Source of the DNA: an uncultured Planctomycetales bacterium | GTDB lineage: Bacteria > Omnitrophota > Gorgyraeia > Zapsychrales > JAHFFX01 | Direction of reading: 5' to 3' | Length of the DNA stretch: 64,000 nt | NCBI GenBank assembly: GCA_964372915.1 | Contig: CAYJRN010000004.1 | Location: forward strand, 55,516 to 119,515 | Part shown: positions 47,496 to 57,149 of the stretch, piece by piece | Layout: each line of letters begins with the position of its first letter | Position numbering within the stretch: position 1 is the first letter of the stretch | The notes under the pieces: model-generated | What the model saw: only the letters and a program-made list of their open reading frames with translations | What the model was told of the DNA's origin: nothing | The model's database searches: none | Program-made: the position numbers and the translations under genes

Positions 47496-48586
47496 TGGAC
47501 ATTATTATTTTTTTTATTGTTTTAAGCGTGCTCATCATCGTGCACGAATACGGGCATTTCATCACGGCCAAGAAATGCGGGGTCAAGGTCGAACGCTTTG
47601 CTTTGGGATTTGGCCCGAAGCTCGGATCTTTTACCCGCGATGGGACAGAATTTGTCCTGTGCCTCATTCCTTTAGGGGGGTATGTCAAGATGGCCGGGGA
47701 TGAACGGTCTCAATGTAAAGGCGAGCCTGCAGAATTTCTTTCTCAACCCGTGGGCCGTCGGGCGTTCATCGTTTTTATGGGGCCGGTGGTTAACTATCTT
47801 TTGGCGTATGTGTGTTTTGTGTTGGTTTTTTTCTTAGGGTACCAGACCCTCTCGGCCCAAGTGGGAGAAACTATTCAGGATTCGCCGGCACAAGTGGCGG
47901 GTCTTTTGCAAGGAGACAGAATCGTGGCGATCGACGATACAAAAATTCTGAGCTGGGAAGATCTGCAGAAAAAAGTTTCCGGTTCTAAGAATGAGGTCTT
48001 GAAGGTTAAGGCCCTTCGCGGCGGGCAGATCGTGGAGAAAACAATCGCTCCTCGTATCGAGGTTCTTAAGAATATTTTGGGGCAAGAGGAGAATGTCCGC
48101 ATCATCGGCATTAAGCCTCAGGAGGATGAAATTATCCTCCTGAAATTTGGTTTGATCGAATCTTTGGGAAAGGCGAAAGAGCGACTGTGGGACATCACTG
48201 TCCTCACCTATAAAGCTTTTTACCGGATGATCACCGGGGCCATGTCTCCCCGGGAAGCCATGACCGGCCCCATCGGTATATTCTTTATCGTGAAGGACGC
48301 CCTCCGGCAAGGGTTATCCTATCTTTTGTACATCGTCGGGAACATTTCTTTGAGTTTGGCGATTTTTAATCTCATGCCGTTGCCGGTCCTCGACGGCGGC
48401 CACCTGGCGCTCTTGGCGGCAGAGAAATTAAGAGGCAGGGCCTTGTCCCCCAAAGTGGATGAAGGTATTGCCCGGGTGGGCTTTAGTCTCATCCTTTGCC
48501 TGGCCTTATTTGTGTTTTACATTGATTTTCAAAGATATGGCTGGATCGATAAGATTGTTGGCATCTGGCAGCGTATGGGTCTTTAA
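47495..48586 (+). CDS. rseP: RIP metalloprotease RseP (site-2 protease, M50)
   Basis: HEYGHF zinc motif in TM1, PDZ domain, …NLMPLPVLDGGH… second motif. Confidence 0.88.
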   Translation: MDIIIFFIVLSVLIIVHEYGHFITAKKCGVKVERFALGFGPKLGSFTRDGTEFVLCLIPLGGYVKMAGDERSQCKGEPAEFLSQPVGRRAFIVFMGPVVNYLLAYVCFVLVFFLGYQTLSAQVGETIQDSPAQVAGLLQGDRIVAIDDTKILSWEDLQKKVSGSKNEVLKVKALRGGQIVEKTIAPRIEVLKNILGQEENVRIIGIKPQEDEIILLKFGLIESLGKAKERLWDITVLTYKAFYRMITGAMSPREAMTGPIGIFFIVKDALRQGLSYLLYIVGNISLSLAIFNLMPLPVLDGGHLALLAAEKLRGRALSPKVDEGIARVGFSLILCLALFVFYIDFQRYGWIDKIVGIWQRMGL

Positions 48587-48617
48587 ACAGCAGGAAGCTG
48601 ATCAAAGGAGTTTAAAT

Positions 48618-49880
48618 ATGGACGATATTAAAAAAGGAATCCATCAATACTTTATTCAAAAAGGCGAATTGTTGAAGATCAAGGACAAGTTGACGGAAGA
48701 TGAGTTAAGAAAGTATGTGGCCAAAAATATCCATGATTTGTGCGAGGAGCATAATCTGACGCTAGGTGAGAGCGAACGGGTAGCGCTTGTGCGTGAGATC
48801 GTGGGCGCCATGGTGAGTTTCGGCCCCTTACGCTCCTTAATGGAAGATCCGACGATCACGGAAATCATGGTCAACGGCCCCCAAAAAATTTACGTGCAAA
48901 GAAACGGTAAAATCGAACTGACCCAATACAAGTTCGACGACAACCAACATCTGGTGCATACGATTGAGAAGATCTTGGCCGCCTCAGGTTCGAGTCGCCG
49001 CGTGGATGAATCCTCGCCCTACGTGGATTTTTCTCTCCAAGACGGTTCCCGCGCCAATGTTATTCTTCCTCCGGTTTCTTTGAGCGGGCCGTGCATCACG
49101 ATTCGTAAGTTTGCCACCGACATCGGGACCATCGAAGACCTTTGCAATCGAGCGATGCTGAATAAAAAAATGGCGACCCTTTTGATCGCGGGAATCAAAG
49201 CCAAATTGAATATGGTATTTTGCGGGGCCACGGGAAGCGGAAAAACCACGACCTTGAACGTCCTCTCCCGTCATATTCCTGAGGACGAGAGGATTGTCAC
49301 GATTGAAGATACCTCCGAGCTGCGTCTTATGCAGCAGCACGTGGTGAGCCTACAGACCAAGGCCTCCAACATCGAAGGCAGAGGAGCCATTACCATCAGA
49401 GATCTTTTTATCAATTCTTTGCGTATGCGGCCTGATCGCATTATCATCGGCGAAATCAGAAGCGAGGAATGTCTGGATCTGGTCCAGGCCATCAGTTCCG
49501 GCCACTCAGGCTCTTTGGCGATTGTTCACGCCGACAGCCCGCAGGACTGTTTCGACCGCATGGTGACCATGGTCTTAATGTCCGGGATTCGCCTGAGCGC
49601 GGAAGAGATCCGCCGGCAAATCGCCAACGCCATTGATATGATCGTTTATACGGAACTCTATATGGACGGTTGTCGTCGGATTACCAACATCACCGACGTG
49701 GAATTCGTTACACAGAACGACGATATTTGCCTGCGGGACATTTTCCGTTGGGAAACCGCAATGTTCAAGGATCGGAAGATTATCGGGGACTGGGTCATGG
49801 ATTCCAAGCCGCCGAGCTTTTTAAAGAAATTAAAAAAGAGAAATGTCGATTTGCCGCAAGAATTTTTTGAAAAGCCCTAA
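48618..49880 (+). CDS. CpaF/TadA-like secretion ATPase (type II/IV secretion NTPase superfamily), orphan
   Basis: ~420 aa; Walker A FCGATGSGKTTTLNVL, …IIGEIRSEE… Asp/His boxes typical of Flp-pilus CpaF/VirB11-like ATPases; no pilus genes adjacent. Confidence 0.7.
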   Translation: MDDIKKGIHQYFIQKGELLKIKDKLTEDELRKYVAKNIHDLCEEHNLTLGESERVALVREIVGAMVSFGPLRSLMEDPTITEIMVNGPQKIYVQRNGKIELTQYKFDDNQHLVHTIEKILAASGSSRRVDESSPYVDFSLQDGSRANVILPPVSLSGPCITIRKFATDIGTIEDLCNRAMLNKKMATLLIAGIKAKLNMVFCGATGSGKTTTLNVLSRHIPEDERIVTIEDTSELRLMQQHVVSLQTKASNIEGRGAITIRDLFINSLRMRPDRIIIGEIRSEECLDLVQAISSGHSGSLAIVHADSPQDCFDRMVTMVLMSGIRLSAEEIRRQIANAIDMIVYTELYMDGCRRITNITDVEFVTQNDDICLRDIFRWETAMFKDRKIIGDWVMDSKPPSFLKKLKKRNVDLPQEFFEKP

Positions 49881-49894
49881 AACATAAAGACGAC

Positions 49895-51151
49895 ATGGAC
49901 TGGTCAAAATATCTTATTCCAACTTTGAAGGAAGTTCCCATAGGAACAGAGGTCGTGAGCCATCAGCTTTCGCTGCGCTCGGGGCTCATCCATATGCTGA
50001 CCTCCGGAGTCTATTCCTATCTGCCGTTGGGTTTGAGGGTCCTCAAGCGCATCGAGCGTATTATTAGAGAAGAGATGAACGCCACCGGCGCTTTAGAGCT
50101 TTTTTTGCCGGTGCTGCAGCCTTTGGAGCTATGGCAACAAACCGGTAGGGATAAAACGCTTTCCGAGGTCATGATCCGCTTTGAAGACAAGCGCAAAAGA
50201 CAAATGTGTCTGGGGCCCACGCACGAAGAGGTCATTACAGATTTAGTGAAAAGTTTTGTGCAGAGCTACCGGCAGCTCCCCTTAAATCTTTATCAGATCC
50301 AAACGAAGTTTAGGGACGAAGTTCGGCCGCGCTTTGGAATCGTCCGGGCCTGCGAGTTCATCATGAAAGACGCTTATAGCTTTGACCGGAACAAGGAGGG
50401 CCTCAAGAAAAATTATCAATTGATGTACGAGGCGTACAAAAAGATTTTTGCAAGGTGCGGTTTAAAAACTGTTATTATAGAGGCCGATTCCGGTGCGATG
50501 GGAGGAGATGTTTCTCATGAATTTTTAGTGCCCACCTTGATTGGGGAGGATTCGATTTTGTTGTGCGGCGCCTGCGGCGCCGCACAGGCGTTTTCGCCTC
50601 AACAAGAAGGCGGGAATTGTCCCCAATGCCACAAGGCCAGCTTAGAGAAAAAAGTCGCCATTGAGTTGGGCCATATTTTTCAATTGGGGCTTAAATACAG
50701 CCTGGCCCAGCATGCAGATTTCTTGGATGAAGACGGTCAGAAAAAACCACTCGTGATGGGCTGCTATGGGATTGGCGTGAGCCGCCTGATTGCCGCGATT
50801 ATAGAGGGGAATAATGACGCCAAAGGAATCATCTGGCCCAAGGAAGTTGCTCCTTTTGATGTTGAGATTCTGCCTTTGAAGACCGAGGATGAAATGCTGA
50901 TGGCCCTTGCCCGTCAACTCGAAAAAGATTTTGTTAAAGCGGGCTTGGACGTTTTGGTGGATGACCGCAATGAAAGCGCCGGTGTCAAATTCAACGATGC
51001 GGACTTGGTCGGCATTCCTTTAAGAGTGGTCTTGGGCAAGAAAACAGTTGTGGACAAAACGGCAGAGATCAAGGATCGCAAGAGCGGCGAGGTGAAGATC
51101 TTTCCCATCAAGGAAGTCTCCGCAAAGCTTATCGAAATCTCTAGAGGCTAA
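49895..51151 (+). CDS. proS: Prolyl-tRNA synthetase, short form lacking the INS editing domain
   Basis: Class II motifs (…FRDEVRPRFGIVRACEFIMKDAYSF…), C-terminal anticodon-binding domain; 418 aa with a CGACG…CPQC zinc-ribbon-like insert. Confidence 0.8.
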   Translation: MDWSKYLIPTLKEVPIGTEVVSHQLSLRSGLIHMLTSGVYSYLPLGLRVLKRIERIIREEMNATGALELFLPVLQPLELWQQTGRDKTLSEVMIRFEDKRKRQMCLGPTHEEVITDLVKSFVQSYRQLPLNLYQIQTKFRDEVRPRFGIVRACEFIMKDAYSFDRNKEGLKKNYQLMYEAYKKIFARCGLKTVIIEADSGAMGGDVSHEFLVPTLIGEDSILLCGACGAAQAFSPQQEGGNCPQCHKASLEKKVAIELGHIFQLGLKYSLAQHADFLDEDGQKKPLVMGCYGIGVSRLIAAIIEGNNDAKGIIWPKEVAPFDVEILPLKTEDEMLMALARQLEKDFVKAGLDVLVDDRNESAGVKFNDADLVGIPLRVVLGKKTVVDKTAEIKDRKSGEVKIFPIKEVSAKLIEISRG

Positions 51152-51152
51152 G

Positions 51153-51626
51153 TTGATGATTTTCGAGTTGGAAGAGAAAATCAGAATGATCGCAGCGCCT
51201 CTTTTAAGCGAATTATTGCTGGAGATCGTAGAAATGCAGATCCGCCCTCAAGGCAAGAGCCTGGTCATTGAAATTCTCGTCGACAAGCCTGGGGGCGGCG
51301 TTACCATTCAAGAATGCGCGATTCTTAACCGCAGGATCGGCAATGCCCTTGAGGCAGAGAACGTGATCGCCGGCCAATACCTTTTGGAAGTTTCATCGCC
51401 GGGGCTGGACCGGCCTTTAAAGACCAGAAGTGATTTTAGCCGTGGGCTTCATAAAGAAATCAAATTTTTCTTAACCGAACCCATCGAAGAACAATGGGAG
51501 TATCTGGGGAAGATTGTCAAGGTGAGCGACGAGGAGGTCGTCATCGAAGTCAAGGGACGGCAGACTCTCCTCCCCTTTAGTAAAATCAATAAAGCCAAAC
51601 ACAATATCAATATAGGAAGGATCTAG
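51153..51626 (+). CDS. rimP: Ribosome maturation factor RimP
   Basis: 157 aa, RimP/DUF150 fold pattern; conserved rimP-nusA-infB order. Confidence 0.8.
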   Translation: MMIFELEEKIRMIAAPLLSELLLEIVEMQIRPQGKSLVIEILVDKPGGGVTIQECAILNRRIGNALEAENVIAGQYLLEVSSPGLDRPLKTRSDFSRGLHKEIKFFLTEPIEEQWEYLGKIVKVSDEEVVIEVKGRQTLLPFSKINKAKHNINIGRI

Positions 51627-51627
51627 T

Positions 51628-52824
51628 ATGGAGAGCGAGTTGTTGGTCATCTTGGAACAATTGGAAAGAGATAAAGGCATTAATAAGGAAATTCTCATTG
51701 AGGCCGTGGAGGCGGCTGTCGCCTCGGCCGCCAGAAAGGTTTGGACCGTCGATAAAGAGGAAGAGATCAAGGTGGTGTTGGATCGGAAAACCGGAAAACT
51801 CACCGCCTTTGCCGGCGGACAGGAGATTCGTTCGAATGAGTTCGGCCGCATCGCCGCCCAGACGGCGAAGCAAGTGGTCATTCAAAAAATCCGCGAGGCG
51901 GAGAAGGACGTGGTCTTTTCCGAATACCAGGCCCGCATCGGCCAGATCATCAGCGGCAGCGTGTACCGTTTTGATAAAGGCAGTATCATCGTTGATTTGG
52001 GAAAGACTGAGGCCTTTATCCCCAAGTCCGAACAATCCGGTAAAGAGGAATTCCGTCAAGGCGATAGGATTCGTGCCTATGTTTTGGATGTGAAGCGCGA
52101 GGCCAAGGGGCCGCAGATCCTTCTGTCTCGCGCCAATCCCAATTTTGTGAAACGCCTTTTTGAATTAGAAGTCCCCGAAATCTTTGAGGGGATCGTCGAG
52201 GTCAAATCCATCGCGCGTGATGCCGGGGAACGGACCAAGATCGCGGTTTATTCGAAGGATGAAAAGGTGGACTGCGTGGGCGCCTGTGTCGGGATGAGAG
52301 GCTCACGCGTTAAGAATATCGTCTCTGAATTACACGGGGAAAAGATCGACATCGTCCGCCATTCCTCGGATGTGAAGGAATACATCCAGGCCGCGCTTTC
52401 CCCGGCGGAGTTGTCGCAGATCCAGATGAATACCTCAGATAAGAAGGCCAATATTATCGTGGCCGACGACCAATTGTCGCTGGCGATAGGCAAGCACGGG
52501 CAAAATGTGCGTCTGGCCAGCCGTTTGATCGGCTGGGAGATCAACATTTTTTCCGCCGAGCAATGGCAGAATCAGAAAGAGGCCTCGGCCGTCCAAGTCC
52601 AAGACGGCGCCGCTAAGGCTAAGGACGGCGAAGGCGCTTCCGTTGCCGACCTTCCCGGCGTGGGAGAAAAAGTGCTGGGATTACTTAAAGAAGCCGGTTA
52701 CGATTCTTTGGAAAAAATCGCCAACGCTTCCGTCGATGGGCTTGTCAAAATTAAAGGATTAGGGGAAGTGAAGGCGACCAAGATGATCAAGGAAGCAAAA
52801 GGATTGTTAAAGGAAAAGAAATAA
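51628..52824 (+). CDS. nusA: Transcription termination/antitermination factor NusA
   Basis: N-terminal domain, S1, two KH domains (…GMRGSRVKNIVSELHGEKIDIV…), C-terminal acidic/HhH region. Confidence 0.9.
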   Translation: MESELLVILEQLERDKGINKEILIEAVEAAVASAARKVWTVDKEEEIKVVLDRKTGKLTAFAGGQEIRSNEFGRIAAQTAKQVVIQKIREAEKDVVFSEYQARIGQIISGSVYRFDKGSIIVDLGKTEAFIPKSEQSGKEEFRQGDRIRAYVLDVKREAKGPQILLSRANPNFVKRLFELEVPEIFEGIVEVKSIARDAGERTKIAVYSKDEKVDCVGACVGMRGSRVKNIVSELHGEKIDIVRHSSDVKEYIQAALSPAELSQIQMNTSDKKANIIVADDQLSLAIGKHGQNVRLASRLIGWEINIFSAEQWQNQKEASAVQVQDGAAKAKDGEGASVADLPGVGEKVLGLLKEAGYDSLEKIANASVDGLVKIKGLGEVKATKMIKEAKGLLKEKK

Positions 52825-52896
52825 TCATTGAGTCCGCTGGGTCATTGAGTCAATAGGCTCAACAGACCCAACAGACGCAGTATAAAAATTTTATCT

Positions 52897-55344
52897 ATGA
52901 GAGTATCCGAATTAGCCAAAGAGTTTAATACAACCAGCCCGGTGGTCTTGGAGAAACTTAAGAACTTAAAGCTTAAGGCCAAAGATGAAAACCAGGACTT
53001 GAATGCGGCGGTGGTGATTGTTTTGCGCAGCGAACTTAAAAACCTTGTTCCCGCCGGCAGACCCAAACCCGCGGTTCCGGCCGTGGATCCTTCCAGGCGT
53101 CCCAAATGGGACAGAGCCGAGGTTAAAGAACCTCTTTTGAAAAAGAAGGAAGAAAAACAAAAGGAACCTACAGTCTTCCAAGACAAGAAAACGCTTAAAA
53201 AAGAGGAACACTCCGTTTCCAAAGGCGGAAAGGTCAAGGAAATAAAAGCGACCGCCAAAGCCAAGACAACTAAGCCTAAGATTGCCGCGAAACCGAAGAA
53301 AGCGCCGGTAAAGGCAAAAGCCGAAAAAGCCGAAAAAGTTAAAAAAGCCGCACCCAAGGTTGTTCTTCCTGCCGAGATTCTTAAACCTAAACCGATTGTC
53401 AAAATCAGCGATGAGCCGTTTGTCAGCCTCAAACCGCTCTTGAAAAAGAGAAGACCGATGCCTCATGGGGCGGGCGCCGGGAAGCGGGGTTTCCCGGGCG
53501 AAACCAGGCCCGCTTCCAGCGGACCGTTTTCGACACCGGCAACGTCGGCCGCCCAATTTCCCCCCGGTGGTGAAGACAACCGGATCTTGCAAGACATCGA
53601 AATCAAGCTTCCCATTGCCGTCAAAGACCTGGCGGTTAAATTCCAGCAGAAACCCAGCGCCATCCTCAAGCAATTGATGTTCATGGGCCTCCTCGTTAAT
53701 ATCAACCAGAATCTCGATGAGGATGTGGTGAAGAAACTCGCCCAGGATTTTGGGTTTAATCTCATTAAGGTCAAATCGCAGGAAGAACAGCTCGTTGAAC
53801 TGCACGAAGTGGAAAAAGAGGATCCCAGTAAACTGAAACCCCGCGCGCCAGTCATCACTTTTATGGGACATGTCGACCACGGAAAAACTTCGCTCTTGGA
53901 CCGTGTGCGCAAAAGTCGTGTGGCCGATAAGGAACATGGCGGGATCACCCAGCATATCGGCGCTTATTCGGTGAAAACCCCTAAAGGGATCATCACGTTT
54001 CTCGATACCCCGGGTCACGAAGCCTTTACGGCGATGCGCGCCCGCGGGGCCCACATCACCGATATCGTCGTTCTCGTCGTCGCCGCCGATGAAGGAATCA
54101 TGCCTCAAACGGAAGAGGCCATTGACCATGCCCGCGCGGCCCAGGTCCCAATCGTCGTTGCCTTGAATAAGATTGATAAAAAGAACGCCGACGTCGACCG
54201 CGTCAAAAAGCAGTTGATGGAAAAGGGATTGACCCCCGAAGACTGGGGCGGCAAAACCATTACCGTTGGTGTCTCTGCCTTTACGGGAGAGGGCGTGGAC
54301 CAGCTTCTTGAAATGATTCTCCTAGAGGCCGAACTTTTAGAGCTCAAGGCCAACTATGACAAAAGAGCCTCCGGGATCGTGGTCGAGGCGCATTTAAGTC
54401 AGGGGAAAGGCGCTTTGGCAACTCTTATTGTTCAAAATGGGACGCTCCGCGACACCGATACGATTGTCGTTGGGCCCTACTACGGGCGCGTGAAAGCATT
54501 ATTTGACGATTACGAGCGTCCTATCAAAGAAGCAGGTCCCTCGATGCCGGTGGAAATCTTGGGGCTGCCGGGTGTTCCGGACGCTGGAGAGCTTTTTTAT
54601 GTCGTTGAGGACGAGCGTCACGCCCGCGACATTGCCTATCGCCGGCGCGACCAGATCAAGGAACAGAAGATACAGAGTTATTCTAAAATCACGCTGGAAG
54701 ACCTCTATTCGCAGATCCAGGAAGGCAAGCTTAAAGAACTTAAAGTCATCCTCAAGACCGACGTGCAAGGATCGATGGAAGCCCTGGTGGATTCCTTGAA
54801 GAAGATCCCCAGCGACCAGGTGCAGCTTAATATCATTCATACCGGAGTCGGTGAGATCAACGCTTCCGACGTTATCCTGGCGGTCGCTTCCGATGCCATT
54901 GTGATTGGGTTCAACGTTGATACAGATACCCGGGGGAAACAGGAACTGGAAAAAAATCCCGTGGACGTGAGGACCTACCGCATCATTTACGACGCGGTCA
55001 ACGATATTAAAAAAGCCCTTGAAGGGTTGCTCGAACCCAGGACCCGCAAAAAATTCTTAAGCCGCGTGGAAATCCGTGAGGTCTTCAAGCTCAGCCGCTC
55101 AGGCGTCGTGGCCGGTTGTTCTGTGCAAAAAGGAAAAGTCATCCGCAGGGCCCATGTCGATGTTGTTAGAAACGGCGAGACGGTATTTTCCGGGACCATC
55201 GCGTCCTTGAAGCGGTTCAAGGACGACGTGAAAGAAGTGGCCGAAGGCGTGGAATGCGGTATTACCATAAGCGGCTATGATAAGGTGCTGGCCGGGGATG
55301 TCCTCGAAGTGTACGAGATCGAGAAAATCGCCAGGACATTATGA
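52897..55344 (+). CDS. infB: Translation initiation factor IF-2
   Basis: MRVSELAKEF N-terminus, K/A/P-rich linker, G-domain GHVDHGKTSLLD…DTPGHEAF…NKIDK. Confidence 0.92.
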   Translation: MRVSELAKEFNTTSPVVLEKLKNLKLKAKDENQDLNAAVVIVLRSELKNLVPAGRPKPAVPAVDPSRRPKWDRAEVKEPLLKKKEEKQKEPTVFQDKKTLKKEEHSVSKGGKVKEIKATAKAKTTKPKIAAKPKKAPVKAKAEKAEKVKKAAPKVVLPAEILKPKPIVKISDEPFVSLKPLLKKRRPMPHGAGAGKRGFPGETRPASSGPFSTPATSAAQFPPGGEDNRILQDIEIKLPIAVKDLAVKFQQKPSAILKQLMFMGLLVNINQNLDEDVVKKLAQDFGFNLIKVKSQEEQLVELHEVEKEDPSKLKPRAPVITFMGHVDHGKTSLLDRVRKSRVADKEHGGITQHIGAYSVKTPKGIITFLDTPGHEAFTAMRARGAHITDIVVLVVAADEGIMPQTEEAIDHARAAQVPIVVALNKIDKKNADVDRVKKQLMEKGLTPEDWGGKTITVGVSAFTGEGVDQLLEMILLEAELLELKANYDKRASGIVVEAHLSQGKGALATLIVQNGTLRDTDTIVVGPYYGRVKALFDDYERPIKEAGPSMPVEILGLPGVPDAGELFYVVEDERHARDIAYRRRDQIKEQKIQSYSKITLEDLYSQIQEGKLKELKVILKTDVQGSMEALVDSLKKIPSDQVQLNIIHTGVGEINASDVILAVASDAIVIGFNVDTDTRGKQELEKNPVDVRTYRIIYDAVNDIKKALEGLLEPRTRKKFLSRVEIREVFKLSRSGVVAGCSVQKGKVIRRAHVDVVRNGETVFSGTIASLKRFKDDVKEVAEGVECGITISGYDKVLAGDVLEVYEIEKIARTL

Positions 55345-56324
55345 AAAAAATCGTCTTTAGTGCCATGCGTCCCACGGGTAAGCTTCATTTGGGGCATCTG
55401 GTGGGGGCTCTCGCCAACTGGGTTGAGCTTCAAAAGCAGCATGATTGCATCTTTGGCATCGTTGACTGGCATGCCTTGATGGGAGAGTACGAAGAGAGCC
55501 AAGGCATTAAAGAAAACATCGTCGAGATTGCCATCGACTGGATCGCCTGCGGCATCGATCCGCAAAAATCCATCCTTTTTGTGCAATCGGCGGTTCCCGA
55601 ACATTTGGAGCTGGCGATAGTCCTCTCGTGCATCACTCCTTTAGGCTGGCTTGAGCGCAATCCGACGTACAAGGAACAATTAAGAGAAATCACCACGCGC
55701 GATTTACAGACGTATGCCTTCTTAGGCTACCCGGTTTTGCAGGCGGCCGACATTCTTCTCTATAAAGCGACCGCGGTGCCGATTGGCGAAGATCAGCTGC
55801 CGCATCTGGAACTCGCGCGTGAGATCGCCCGGCGGTTCAATCGTATTTACAAAACCGAATTTTTTCCCGACTGCAAAGCCATTTTGACCCAAACACCCAG
55901 GCTCTTGGGCGTCGATAACCGCAAGATGAGCAAAAGCTATCAGAATGCGATCAATGTGTCCGATGCGCCGGAGGTTTTAAAGAAAAAAGTTGCCTCGATG
56001 GTGACGGATCCAAGACGCATTAAGATGAGTGATCCCGGGCACCCGGAGGATTGTAACGTCTATAGTTACCACAAAGTTTTTGCGCCGTCCCAAAAAGCAG
56101 CGGTTTATGATTGGTGCTCGAACGCCAAGAAGGGATGTGTCGAGTGTAAACAGATCTTGAGCGGGCATCTTTCGGATCAGCTTAAATCCATTCAGGAAAA
56201 ACGTCGTGATCTTGAGAAAAACAAAAATCACATTGAAGAGATTTTAGATGAAGGGGCCAAGAAGGCCCGTGTAATCGCGCAAAAAACGATGGCGGAAGTG
56301 AAGGAAGTAATATTCCAGCCATAG
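55341..56324 (+). CDS. trpS: Tryptophanyl-tRNA synthetase
   Basis: PTGKLHLGH (HIGH) and KMSKS motifs. Confidence 0.9.
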   Translation: MKKIVFSAMRPTGKLHLGHLVGALANWVELQKQHDCIFGIVDWHALMGEYEESQGIKENIVEIAIDWIACGIDPQKSILFVQSAVPEHLELAIVLSCITPLGWLERNPTYKEQLREITTRDLQTYAFLGYPVLQAADILLYKATAVPIGEDQLPHLELAREIARRFNRIYKTEFFPDCKAILTQTPRLLGVDNRKMSKSYQNAINVSDAPEVLKKKVASMVTDPRRIKMSDPGHPEDCNVYSYHKVFAPSQKAAVYDWCSNAKKGCVECKQILSGHLSDQLKSIQEKRRDLEKNKNHIEEILDEGAKKARVIAQKTMAEVKEVIFQP

Positions 56325-56408
56325 AAAAGACCGAATGAATAAATCCCAAGCTCCAAACACCAATAACCAAAATTTGGTGATTGTAACTTGGTAATTGGTT
56401 ATTAAACC

Positions 56409-57146
56409 ATGACTTATAAACTTAAACTCGACATGTTCGAAGGGCCGCTGGACCTGCTTTTATATCTCATCAAGAAAGATCAGATCGACATTTACGATAT
56501 TCCCATCTCCCAGGTGACCGAACAGTATATGGAATACATCGAGATGATGAAACTTCTTAATCTCGATGTCGTTGGGGATTTCCTGGTTATGGCCGCGACT
56601 TTGATGCAGATCAAGTCCAAAATGCTTTTGCCGCCGGATCCCACCCAAGAAGAGCAGGAAGAGGAGGACCCGCGGGACGAACTGGTACGCCGCTTACTCG
56701 AGTACAAAAAATTCAAAGAGATCGCCGAGGAATTGCAAGGCAAAGAGGCCAGCCGCCAGGATCTCTTCCGGCGCGTCACGGATATCGAGAGGCTCAAGGA
56801 ACTCAAAGAGGACGCCAAGGAAGTTTATGTTGAGGCGAGCCTTTTTGATCTGATCAGCGCCTTCACCAAGGCGCTGCGCAAGGTTCAGGAAAAGGCGGTC
56901 TATTCGATCAAGCAAGAAGAATTCACCGTCGAGATGAAGATTCACGCGATCCTCCATTTGCTCCTGGATCAGGAGGCTGTCAGCTTAAACAACCTGTTTG
57001 GCCAATGCCGCGATAAAATGGAAATCGTCGTGACGTTTATGGCGATCCTGGAGTTGATTCGCATCAAGGAAATTGTGGTCATGCAAAAACGGATGTTCGA
57101 TGAGATTGAAATCCTGCGCAACAAGGATAATGTTATCTCTGGTTAG
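56409..57146 (+). CDS. scpA: Segregation and condensation protein A
   Basis: …LDMFEGPLDLLLYLIKKDQIDIYDIPIS…; no scpB adjacent. Confidence 0.8.
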   Translation: MTYKLKLDMFEGPLDLLLYLIKKDQIDIYDIPISQVTEQYMEYIEMMKLLNLDVVGDFLVMAATLMQIKSKMLLPPDPTQEEQEEEDPRDELVRRLLEYKKFKEIAEELQGKEASRQDLFRRVTDIERLKELKEDAKEVYVEASLFDLISAFTKALRKVQEKAVYSIKQEEFTVEMKIHAILHLLLDQEAVSLNNLFGQCRDKMEIVVTFMAILELIRIKEIVVMQKRMFDEIEILRNKDNVISG

Positions 57147-57149
57147 TCT

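Noticed and set aside
56325-56408. Hairpin (ccaataacc…ggttattgg-like) between trpS and scpA as a terminator
   Set aside because: Stem is AT-rich and short, with no T-run; it could equally be chance. Not annotated as a feature.
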